Of a stretch of DNA of 64,000 bases, positions 56,278 to 64,000 are shown piece after piece (positions within the stretch are counted from its first letter, which is position 1; each line of letters starts with the position of its first letter). The translations under genes were made by a program, and so were the position numbers. This DNA is from an uncultured virus (IMG/VR IMGVR_UViG_3300027852_000004) (lineage: Duplodnaviria; Heunggongvirae; Uroviricota; Caudoviricetes): the IMG/VR virus record IMGVR_UViG_3300027852_000004, one strand, 5' to 3'. Under the pieces are notes generated by a model. The model saw only the letters and a program-made list of their open reading frames with translations, was not told the origin of the DNA and made no database searches.

Positions 56278-58872
56278 TTAACTACCCTCAGGTGTGTCGT
56301 CGAGTATTGACCAAGAGTCACGAGGCTCTACTTTATAGGTCTCGACATTCTGACGTTTTCCAGCTGCACATATTCCACACACCTCCCGCACCAGCTGCTG
56401 GTTAGTCTTAAGATATCTTCCTAGCCTTCTTGAGTTCTGCATTGGTGTACATTCTGCATAATCTTCTGATGACATAGCCCATTCAGATATATTACCTGCA
56501 GTAACCATAGACGTCGGTGAATTTTCATATAACAATCTTGCGTATGTTGTAAGCCCTTCAAGTACCCAATCGCCCGATGCAACTTGCTTACGTGTCGAAC
56601 CTGCCAGGTGCTTAGTTACCCACGATGAATCATCACCGAAAACTTCGGATAATAGCATCAGGCATTGTTCAACATTAATCAAACGATAACCTGCGGAATA
56701 GTTAGGATCCCATTTACGATATACAATCTGAAAAAACTTATGCATAACTAGCATCTGATGTGCGATCCACGCCTCACGTCCGCCATACTTCTTCATCTGA
56801 TTAGGTACCCAAGAGGAGTCGTAGGTCATCTTACCATGCGCATCAACTGATGATGCCTTATCCATTTCAATAATAACTGACCTTTGAAGAATATCAGCAT
56901 TAAGAAATGGCTGTTGTATAGCAGTAATCGCAAACGTTGTAGTAATTGGCAGCCGTAACAATTTATTGTTTGTGTACAATGCACGCATCTCAACATGAGG
57001 ATCCGGTTCAGTTACCAGTCTACATAACTCATCACTGAGACGCTGCCTTAATGACTTGTCCGATAGTACAACATTATCTGTCACATGCAAGCCACCTGAT
57101 GAAGTAACGCTAGCATGCCAGTCCCTTAAGTCAGCCGGAGAGTTTCTTAACTCTGCTCTTCCCGTCAAGACATTTAGTCGGTGTTCATATACTGAAGATT
57201 TACCTGAACCAGCTTCCCCCAATACCACCTCTACGGGTATTTGAGTTCCGCGCCATTTGTTTAACCATGGAGACATATAAAAAATTAATGCTGCCAGGCG
57301 GCGCTCATCAGTACTATTTTTCATACGTGTGTCATTGATTACATTAAGCCACCACTTAGGTACCTTACCTAACTTATTCGACTGCTCCAGCTGCTGATTG
57401 AAATTCTTCATGATCAAGTCAGCATCCATAGGTTCAGTGTGGCCAGCTTCAAATAAGATACCGTCAACTCCATTGTCAACAATCTCTAATGGCTTAGATG
57501 TTGAAGCTGTAACTTTAGCATACTGACCATCATTAATTTGATACCGAATAATATTCTCATTTACCCGAGGCCTACAGATCAGTTTATGCGGATCGATGTT
57601 CTCAATAGGTTCTATCGATTCAAATAAAGCATGTAATACTGATACAATTTTATGATCGTTACCTGTTAGCCCGTAACGAACAAACAACCATCTACCAAAT
57701 GTCGTAGCATGCAACGCGTTCTTCTGCTGCTGTATGAACTCTACTTCAATCAAAGTTCTTGTCGCACGATCAAAATAATACATCTCACCTGACGCTTGTG
57801 ACCGAATACGTTTACCTCTAGCCTCCATGTCTGCAAGTATTGCCGTAGCTAACCTACGGTACGCATCTCTAGGTAAATTGCTGCGAGTCAGTATCTTAGA
57901 GACATATTCCTTAATGTTAGGATGCTGCGGAAACGATCCCATCCCACTCTCAGTAGTAGTCAGGAGTAGTAGTTGGTGTTGTAAGTCTTTGACATGCTCT
58001 CCAGATAGTAAGTAATCATCTAACCCTATCTTTACAGTAGAGGCATCCTCACCGTCGGAATCGTAGGGCAATATAATCTGATGTATTTGATTGAATGCAA
58101 GTCCATACTGCACCATCTCAAAACCTAGAACAGCTGCTGCACGTTGAACTTCAGGCTTCATACCCAACTCTTGATTGTCAGTGTCGAATATAATAGTAAG
58201 GTGCCAACCTTTATGAACTGCAGTATCAAATAACTCTTTCAAACCTTGAGCAAGAATACCCCCATTAATAGACTCCTCTAAATCTGTACCGGGCTGTATC
58301 CTCAGTGAATATGCTTGATTGCCCTTACTATTCTTGTTTGATGTCATTTGTACATCACTGGGTAACTGTATGATACGGTTACGCCAAGAGTCAACCCCAC
58401 CTAGACCTACTGCAAGAATACCCTTCTTAACTGCCGCCGCAGCCTTCTTTTCACCCTCACAAATGACAATGTTAATTTGTTCATCTGTACTTTCAAATGT
58501 CCTGCTCAAGAGTAGCGGCCAGAAGTCTGGTGGATAATAAATATGATTCCCAACACGTGCAGGCTGTCTATACTTAAATGCTTGGTCAAAGTATCTTACA
58601 CGAAAGAAAGGTATAGGCTTACCCTGCATATCGAAATATGGAATTACATAACCTTGAGCATTGCCTGCAACATTCAGTGCATCATTCTCGGGCATCTCTG
58701 CCACACGTGCACGTATATCTTTTAATGTCAGATCTGATTTACCCAGATCCTGAAGTGCTATATTTTTCAATGCACGACCCCCACATGAATTTGCGTTATT
58801 ACGAAGTTTTGGGGCTGGTTCAGTTTTATGGGTTGGTTCTGAATCGGTCGGCTTCTTCGGTTGGCTGAACAC
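56278..58872 (-). CDS. Primase-helicase (Toprim DUF3854-like plus P-loop)
   Basis: ICEGEKKA, GLGGV.SW, FDTD, GLDDYL; GEAGSGKS; start uncertain. Confidence 0.88.
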   Translation of the reverse strand: MFSQPKKPTDSEPTHKTEPAPKLRNNANSCGGRALKNIALQDLGKSDLTLKDIRARVAEMPENDALNVAGNAQGYVIPYFDMQGKPIPFFRVRYFDQAFKYRQPARVGNHIYYPPDFWPLLLSRTFESTDEQINIVICEGEKKAAAAVKKGILAVGLGGVDSWRNRIIQLPSDVQMTSNKNSKGNQAYSLRIQPGTDLEESINGGILAQGLKELFDTAVHKGWHLTIIFDTDNQELGMKPEVQRAAAVLGFEMVQYGLAFNQIHQIILPYDSDGEDASTVKIGLDDYLLSGEHVKDLQHQLLLLTTTESGMGSFPQHPNIKEYVSKILTRSNLPRDAYRRLATAILADMEARGKRIRSQASGEMYYFDRATRTLIEVEFIQQQKNALHATTFGRWLFVRYGLTGNDHKIVSVLHALFESIEPIENIDPHKLICRPRVNENIIRYQINDGQYAKVTASTSKPLEIVDNGVDGILFEAGHTEPMDADLIMKNFNQQLEQSNKLGKVPKWWLNVINDTRMKNSTDERRLAALIFYMSPWLNKWRGTQIPVEVVLGEAGSGKSSVYEHRLNVLTGRAELRNSPADLRDWHASVTSSGGLHVTDNVVLSDKSLRQRLSDELCRLVTEPDPHVEMRALYTNNKLLRLPITTTFAITAIQQPFLNADILQRSVIIEMDKASSVDAHGKMTYDSSWVPNQMKKYGGREAWIAHQMLVMHKFFQIVYRKWDPNYSAGYRLINVEQCLMLLSEVFGDDSSWVTKHLAGSTRKQVASGDWVLEGLTTYARLLYENSPTSMVTAGNISEWAMSSEDYAECTPMQNSRRLGRYLKTNQQLVREVCGICAAGKRQNVETYKVEPRDSWSILDDTPEGS

Positions 58873-59185
58873 CGCACAACACGTCTGATGCTACCCACAA
58901 GAGAGTAGTATATGTCTGGCGACGACGAGTTACGGGCGTTTCGCGAACACTGTGCCAACGGGCAATCAGGTGCTCCCCAATCATCTCCTCCAATACGGGA
59001 TGCCAATCTTCGGCACGTAGTGCCAAGGAGATCTGCAACATAGAAGGTGAGATCTGTGGGTATTGTTGGAAAATATGAATGATCAAATCCCGGATCCGTT
59101 GCCAGTCTCGTGTATGTTGCTCTTGTAGAGCCTCTGCCGTAGGGATAGTAGGTCCAGTATCTGTCATTTTGCTTACCAATCTCAT
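58826..59185 (-). CDS. Winged-helix-like protein
   Basis: IIHIFQQYPQISPSMLQ...VLEEMI...LI pattern; start uncertain. Confidence 0.55.
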   Translation of the reverse strand: MRLVSKMTDTGPTIPTAEALQEQHTRDWQRIRDLIIHIFQQYPQISPSMLQISLALRAEDWHPVLEEMIGEHLIARWHSVRETPVTRRRQTYTTLLWVASDVLCGVQPTEEADRFRTNP

Positions 59186-59209
59186 TCATAATTTACCTGC
59201 TCAACTTTT

Positions 59210-59238
59210 ATTTTAATTGAAACACAAAGGAATCTCAA
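59210..59238 (-). promoter_or_regulatory. sigma70-like promoter
   Basis: TTGAGA-N17-TAAAAT. Confidence 0.55.
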
Positions 59239-59262
59239 GTGTTAATTATGACACATTCTCAA

Positions 59263-60444
59263 TCAATTAGATGACTTTAAATGGTGGGCCAGTTTAATTA
59301 AACGTTGGAATAGAAAATTCTGCATACTTCGTGACTCATCAGAAAAACCATACACTTTATGTAACCATTCCTCATACAGGGTGGCTGCAAGAAAATCATT
59401 ACCCATATCAAGAGTCTTGGAGTCGATAAAGATTTCTTTGGTTGGGGGTTTATAGAAACCAAATACATCTTCACCCAAATTTCGAACTATAGTAAAGTCC
59501 TCCCGCTTCAAGTCACACCCAAGTTTAGTAATCAGCTTTAGACATGTATCCAGATCAGATTCAGATGCCTGTGAGGGCTTAAAGATTTCATGTACATCCT
59601 CAGAACCTTGAGTATACTTTAACACTGAACGTGCAGACGCAATTGCATTTGCTCCATGACCCTTAACAAGATTCAAAAAGGCTGGTGCGGGTTCATACCT
59701 ACTTAATACCAAATCACTTTCAAACGTATTCTTTGCCGTAATATAAGATTCATGAACCTCTATGCAGTCCTGTTTAGGTAGCCTTTGAGAAATCTTTGAA
59801 CGTACAGCGTACTCACTTTCAAGATTCCGATCTTCTGACAATGACATAGGCTCTAGAATGTTATATGTATTTTGCGACATCTTAGATAATGTTCCAGCAC
59901 GCACACCCCTATAATATATGTAGGACGTTGCGCCTGCATGTACTTCAATACTACTATCAGCACTTAAAGGTTCAGATGTCAAAAAGATCTCGTCACGATT
60001 ATTATATGCTTTAACAATGTCATGACCTTCAATATAAAATGCTGTATACTCTGAAGAGGCTCGCAATTTGTGAATCGTCGGATGTAAATCAAAGTCAGTA
60101 ATGATCCCAGCTTCATCCAGTGTGTTACTGTGCAACTCCCTATAAGCCTGCCATACATCCCAATTCCGACCGAGATCAGTTGTGAATGGTAGTGCCTTAT
60201 CATTCATGTGAATAATGTCAAAACTCTCACCACGAATCTTTGTAGGAACTGCATGGAATTCAAAGAACTCACCACCCCGATTCATAGTAATTGTATGCCC
60301 CGTACGTAGAAGAATGGCCAGGGCATACTTCAACCCCGTACCAAAATATCCAATAGGGTTGTCATTAACCTTTACAGAAACCCCCATTACCTGAATTACA
60401 TTAAGATCAATTAGACCTGGAGTTACAAAATTAATTCTCGTCAT
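59263..60444 (-). CDS. GHKL-type ATPase domain protein
   Basis: IGYFGTGLKYA and RELHSNTLDE motifs. Confidence 0.7.
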   Translation of the reverse strand: MTRINFVTPGLIDLNVIQVMGVSVKVNDNPIGYFGTGLKYALAILLRTGHTITMNRGGEFFEFHAVPTKIRGESFDIIHMNDKALPFTTDLGRNWDVWQAYRELHSNTLDEAGIITDFDLHPTIHKLRASSEYTAFYIEGHDIVKAYNNRDEIFLTSEPLSADSSIEVHAGATSYIYYRGVRAGTLSKMSQNTYNILEPMSLSEDRNLESEYAVRSKISQRLPKQDCIEVHESYITAKNTFESDLVLSRYEPAPAFLNLVKGHGANAIASARSVLKYTQGSEDVHEIFKPSQASESDLDTCLKLITKLGCDLKREDFTIVRNLGEDVFGFYKPPTKEIFIDSKTLDMGNDFLAATLYEEWLHKVYGFSDESRSMQNFLFQRLIKLAHHLKSSN

Positions 60445-60447
60445 CGG

Positions 60448-60714
60448 CTACATCCCCTCGGATTCTGAATTTTCGATACGTCGGACAAGCTCTTTCATCC
60501 AGTACAGATTGTCGGTGTGTAAGATTACGTGAAGCCCTTTATGCAAGTTGAATGGTATAGCCTCACTCTCATCATAGACACTGAGTAGGCGTAGTAGGGC
60601 CTGCTTAACAGTTATTCCAGATGGCTCAGATATATGCAACTGGCTTTCCAGTTTAATTATTCGCGTTTCCAGCTCATCGATCCGCTGCAAATGCTGTTCT
60701 TCTGTAGTACTCAT
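60448..60714 (-). CDS. Hypothetical protein
   Basis: AGGAG RBS. Confidence 0.65.
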   Translation of the reverse strand: MSTTEEQHLQRIDELETRIIKLESQLHISEPSGITVKQALLRLLSVYDESEAIPFNLHKGLHVILHTDNLYWMKELVRRIENSESEGM

Positions 60715-60938
60715 TTCCTATCTCCTATAGGTTTTCTTAGACTTTAGCTTGTTCCTGTTTGAGAATTCCACCCAACCAATCCTGCCACTCCGTAACATCG
60801 TCAGTATCGTAGAGGGGTGATAATATAAAGAAGAAGTCACTGTCGGTAACAGCAACACAAGTCTCCACCTGTGTCAAGTTCATCAAACTCGTTCATAATA
60901 CTCCTTTCTCCCCTACGGAGGAGTAGTAGTAGTAGAGG

Positions 60939-61304
60939 TTAAGCTGGCCTTCCGATCATCAATTTACGTAACGTGCCAAGACGACACAAACAAGCCGTAT
61001 TACCATAGTTTAATGTCATGGCTTCGTGTGGACTTTTTAACAATTGTGCAGTAATACATGCACGTAATATACCTTTATTCTCTGACCAGTTCTTAACCCA
61101 TACCTGAGTACGATCCGCTAAACCCATGTCACACAATGTTGCCTCATCAAACAGGTTCACCGTAATAGTGACTTGAGGCATACCATTGAAATCGAATATC
61201 GTGAACTTGGGCGAGTTGTCTATGTAGAAACCTTCACACTTAACAACATACTCGCTCTTAGGTAAGTAATCGGTTTCCAGTTCAACTACTATCTGCTCAT
61301 CCAT
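60939..61304 (-). CDS. Hypothetical protein
   Basis: ATG 61304 with AGGGG RBS; KNWSENKG motif. Confidence 0.65.
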   Translation of the reverse strand: MDEQIVVELETDYLPKSEYVVKCEGFYIDNSPKFTIFDFNGMPQVTITVNLFDEATLCDMGLADRTQVWVKNWSENKGILRACITAQLLKSPHEAMTLNYGNTACLCRLGTLRKLMIGRPA

Positions 61305-61617
61305 CAGTAGTCCCCTTCTCAGGTAATAGGGATTTAAGGAATTCAACCTCTTCCAATGCCCGCTTATGAAACAGTGTATACTGCTCACTTAGGTAAGCGG
61401 ATATGACTTTACTATATGGGGAACCGATACATCGAAACCTCCCAGTTCTAACTTTCACGGGGCAACCCATGCACATAGTAGTGTAAAACAATCTGCATAG
61501 TTTACAATGTTGGACACCCATCTTCACGTCGTGAGGGAACTGATGTTGCTCAATGGCAGCATTCTTTTCCCAGTGCCTAATCGATTCTTTTAAGGCCTTA
61601 TGTGTAGCATTATCCAC
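61297..61617 (-). CDS. Cys-rich hypothetical protein
   Basis: CKLC...CMGCPV...C. Confidence 0.7.
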   Translation of the reverse strand: MDNATHKALKESIRHWEKNAAIEQHQFPHDVKMGVQHCKLCRLFYTTMCMGCPVKVRTGRFRCIGSPYSKVISAYLSEQYTLFHKRALEEVEFLKSLLPEKGTTDG

Positions 61618-61957
61618 CGTTCATTAACTCCCTAGCTTTAGCGACACGCACTGGTGAGGGAAAGACTGATTGTTTACGGTCACCCCAGATATGCATTTGA
61701 GGCCCATGCACCCAATCAAGCATAATCCAGTCACCTATCACAGCACAATCGAAGCTAGTGCCACATGCACTACACATAAGGTTTACAGACACCCCATCTT
61801 CAGGCCCACTCAGGAGACTTTTTCGAGTACCACAACAAGGACATTCTGCTTTATACGTAAACCTTTCCATCAAGATTAATCCAGTCAGCTCACGTTTAAA
61901 CATGAACCCAAAATAATCTTCTAACCATATGTACAAACGTCTTTTCAACTTACGCAT
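61610..61957 (-). CDS. Zn-ribbon protein
   Basis: CPCCG...CSACG; AGGAG RBS. Confidence 0.7.
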   Translation of the reverse strand: MRKLKRRLYIWLEDYFGFMFKRELTGLILMERFTYKAECPCCGTRKSLLSGPEDGVSVNLMCSACGTSFDCAVIGDWIMLDWVHGPQMHIWGDRKQSVFPSPVRVAKARELMNGG

Positions 61958-62165
61958 TGTTAGTCTCCTTATAGCTGGTTCCACCGTGAGTATTACGAAA
62001 TGCACGGCGCTCAGCAGTAACGGCACGCTGGTATGTTATGGTGGCTTCACTGCCATGAGCAATTGCAGGTTGACACTTGGTGACCTCTTTGGTCTCCAGA
62101 AATGCATCAATGGCAGCTTGGTCAGATGATGTGATGGGGGTCTTACTTGATTTGACTGTAGACAT
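61950..62165 (-). CDS. Hypothetical early protein
   Basis: AAGGA RBS behind promoter 62204-62232. Confidence 0.7.
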   Translation of the reverse strand: MSTVKSSKTPITSSDQAAIDAFLETKEVTKCQPAIAHGSEATITYQRAVTAERRAFRNTHGGTSYKETNNA

Positions 62166-62203
62166 TATTTTTGTATCCTTTTGTTTTATGAATGTATGAT
62201 TTT

Positions 62204-62232
62204 ATTATATAGCATCTATTTATAACACTCAA
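62204..62232 (-). promoter_or_regulatory. sigma70-like early promoter
   Basis: TTGAGT-N17-TATAAT. Confidence 0.7.
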
Positions 62233-62598
62233 GAGGCTTTTAAAATAAAAATTTGATGTCTCCTTGCACGGCGGATTGTAGACTTTTCGGAAGTATCGGA
62301 AGTATCGGAAATATCACACATTCACTGCTACTACTACTCATTAGTTAGTGTTGGTGTTAGAGTTCTCCGCAACCTTAACTTAGGTTCACACCATAAGTAA
62401 GTCACCTCTATGGGAGGAAGTTAAGAACCTGATTGAGTCTACCCCGTACCGCACAATGAAAATTCGACGGATTTCAATATTGAAAGGTACTGAATACTCA
62501 AGGATCCTAATGCGGTAACAGCTAAGGCAAGTAAGTGGTATCTATAATACATACGGATCTGTGGATAATTGTAAGGGAGAAACCGTTGGTTAATTTAT

Positions 62599-62749
62599 AT
62601 ACTGTCAAATTAACCCCCGGGAATATCCTGAAAACCAACGTTTTCTTCCCGCAAAAAATGTGGAGGAGTCGACAAGTTTTGAATTGTTTTTAGAACACGT
62701 TGTCAAGAAAAACATTCATACTGTCAAATTAACCCCCGGGAATATCCTG
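62599..62749 (+). repeat. 32-bp perfect direct repeat, two copies
   Basis: ATACTGTCAAATTAACCCCCGGGAATATCCTG at 62599-62630 and 62718-62749. Confidence 0.9.
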
Positions 62750-63316
62750 TAACCACCGGGATTGGCGCGATAAAGGTGTAGGTTAACTTATTGAAATATA
62801 TAGATAATATTAGTTTCGTTGGTTAGTTAGTTATATCTAATATATAATAAAAAAGAAGTGGATGAATAAAAAAAGGTATTAAAATATATAGAAAATATTT
62901 GTATATATATAGTATAAAATTAACCAACTAACCAACGGTTTCTGCCAATTTAGGTTAACTTGTTGAAAACATTAGATAAAATCTGTGTGAGTATTGAATG
63001 ACGTATGAGAATCCCCAGTAGTTTCACAATTTATTGTTAGAAATCAACTAGTTAAACCACCGGGTTTTCCAACGAACTTGTTGTGTTGTGATATGGAGTG
63101 TACTTCTACGGAATGAATGATAGTGAATCTGACGTGGCTGTGTGTAGGTCCGATCTTGGCAGGACCTACAAAAATTTCGGTTTGTCAGGAAATCCCAACC
63201 TCCCTATTTTTAAAATTTGAACCGCGCTCAGTTACTAGCAACTTACCTGTAGCAGTGGTAAACAGGTTAAGCGTACCTACGTACTTGGTACCTACGTACC
63301 TGGTCCTCACATGCAC

Positions 63317-63353
63317 AAAAAAAGACCCGAACCAGCGTACCGGAACGGATCTT
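63317..63353 (-). terminator. Intrinsic terminator
   Basis: AAGATCCG...CGGGTC followed by T7 on minus strand. Confidence 0.6.
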
Positions 63354-63459
63354 AGCTTTGTCAAGCGTTGGGCCCTAGAAGATGAGTGACGGGAGCACCA
63401 GTGCTACGAGGAGCACCAACATGACCCCGCCAAAGAAGTACAAGAGTACGTGGCCCATC

Positions 63460-63705
63460 CTACTTTTCTGTGGCAGCTTTTAGTGCATCGTTAACCAGGA
63501 CGTTACGGACATGCTGGTACCGGATACCCATGAACCGTGAGATGTCAGCTCGTGTAAAACCTTCGGCCGACAGTTTACGGATCACTGCAGATTTGGTGAC
63601 CAGCTCTTTCATCAGGGCCGACAGCTCGTACGTATCACCCGGAAGTGCAACTTTGACTTCTTCGGTTTTTGCGACAGGTGCAGTGTTTGTTTTCTTAGTA
63701 GACAT
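63460..63705 (-). CDS. Small HTH-type DNA-binding protein, paralog of 1392-1616
   Basis: TKSAVIRKLSAEGFTRADISRFMGIRYQHVRNVL; GAAAGGA RBS. Confidence 0.8.
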   Translation of the reverse strand: MSTKKTNTAPVAKTEEVKVALPGDTYELSALMKELVTKSAVIRKLSAEGFTRADISRFMGIRYQHVRNVLVNDALKAATEK

Positions 63706-63759
63706 GATATGATCCTTTCAAGATCTAGATAGTAGAAACGTTATTGTTTCTATGATATT

Positions 63760-63789
63760 ATTATATAGCATCTTCATATTGGTACGCAA
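63760..63789 (-). promoter_or_regulatory. sigma70-like early promoter
   Basis: TTGCGT-N18-TATAAT with AGATGCTA before -10. Confidence 0.6.
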
Positions 63790-63798
63790 GCATTATTT

Positions 63799-64000
63799 TC
63801 ACCCTGGTGTTAAATTAATTTGTACCTGATTACCAACTACTCCGTCAGCCCGCCCAGCAGCAACATAGTAGTCTACCAGGAGCTCTATGTCTCTCATAGT
63901 AGAATGACCTGAGGCTACCATGTCCCTATGTTCGGCCTTTAGTTTTTCCAGTAGGGCCTGACGATTGGTCAACATCCAACCGAGTAACATACACGTTTCT
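63799..64000 (-). CDS. Hypothetical protein, probably 5'-truncated by window
   Basis: Frame open to the window edge. Confidence 0.5.
   Translation of the reverse strand, partial: ETCMLLGWMLTNRQALLEKLKAEHRDMVASGHSTMRDIELLVDYYVAAGRADGVVGNQVQINLTPG

Noticed and set aside
62599..62749. Mini-CRISPR array from the 32-bp repeat
   Set aside because: Only two copies, the 87-bp gap is too long for a typical spacer, and no cas operon is present
63117..63389. Plus-strand 90-aa ORF
   Set aside because: Opposes local gene direction and spans a tandem repeat and terminator
1..64000. Window is a complete circular genome
   Set aside because: Edge ORFs do not join in frame and no terminal repeat was seen; some sequence probably lies outside the window

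Overview
Most of a tailed dsDNA siphovirus genome, probably infecting an Alphaproteobacterium. That host call is inferred from a ChvI-like domain, a MucR-like finger and GTA-like holin and tape-measure features. No integrase or tRNA was recognised. The plus strand (2.0-33.2 kb) carries terminase, portal, an 8.3-kb accessory fibre/adhesin cassette, head, neck, tail and lysis genes. The minus strand (33.3-64 kb and 0-1.6 kb) carries thyX, dCMP deaminase, DUF5664, class II RNR, a UDG-fused PolA, a 7-deazaguanine DNA-modification cluster (queC, queD, queE, folE, TGT/DpdA-like), recombination genes, helicase, ligase, resolvase, primase-helicase and many small early genes behind near-consensus sigma70 promoters. 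Best leads: (1) a promoter-bracketed cassette that looks like a scaffold-templated capsid filament tipped by a shuffled four-module LamG adhesin; (2) two stand-alone mimics of host regulator DNA-binding domains, ChvI-like and Ros/MucR-like, the latter missed by the ORF track; (3) a Cys-free QueC and an altered UDG pocket; (4) long-stem intergenic RNA candidates and a repeat-rich non-coding origin candidate. All family calls come from motif recognition by eye, with no database searches.
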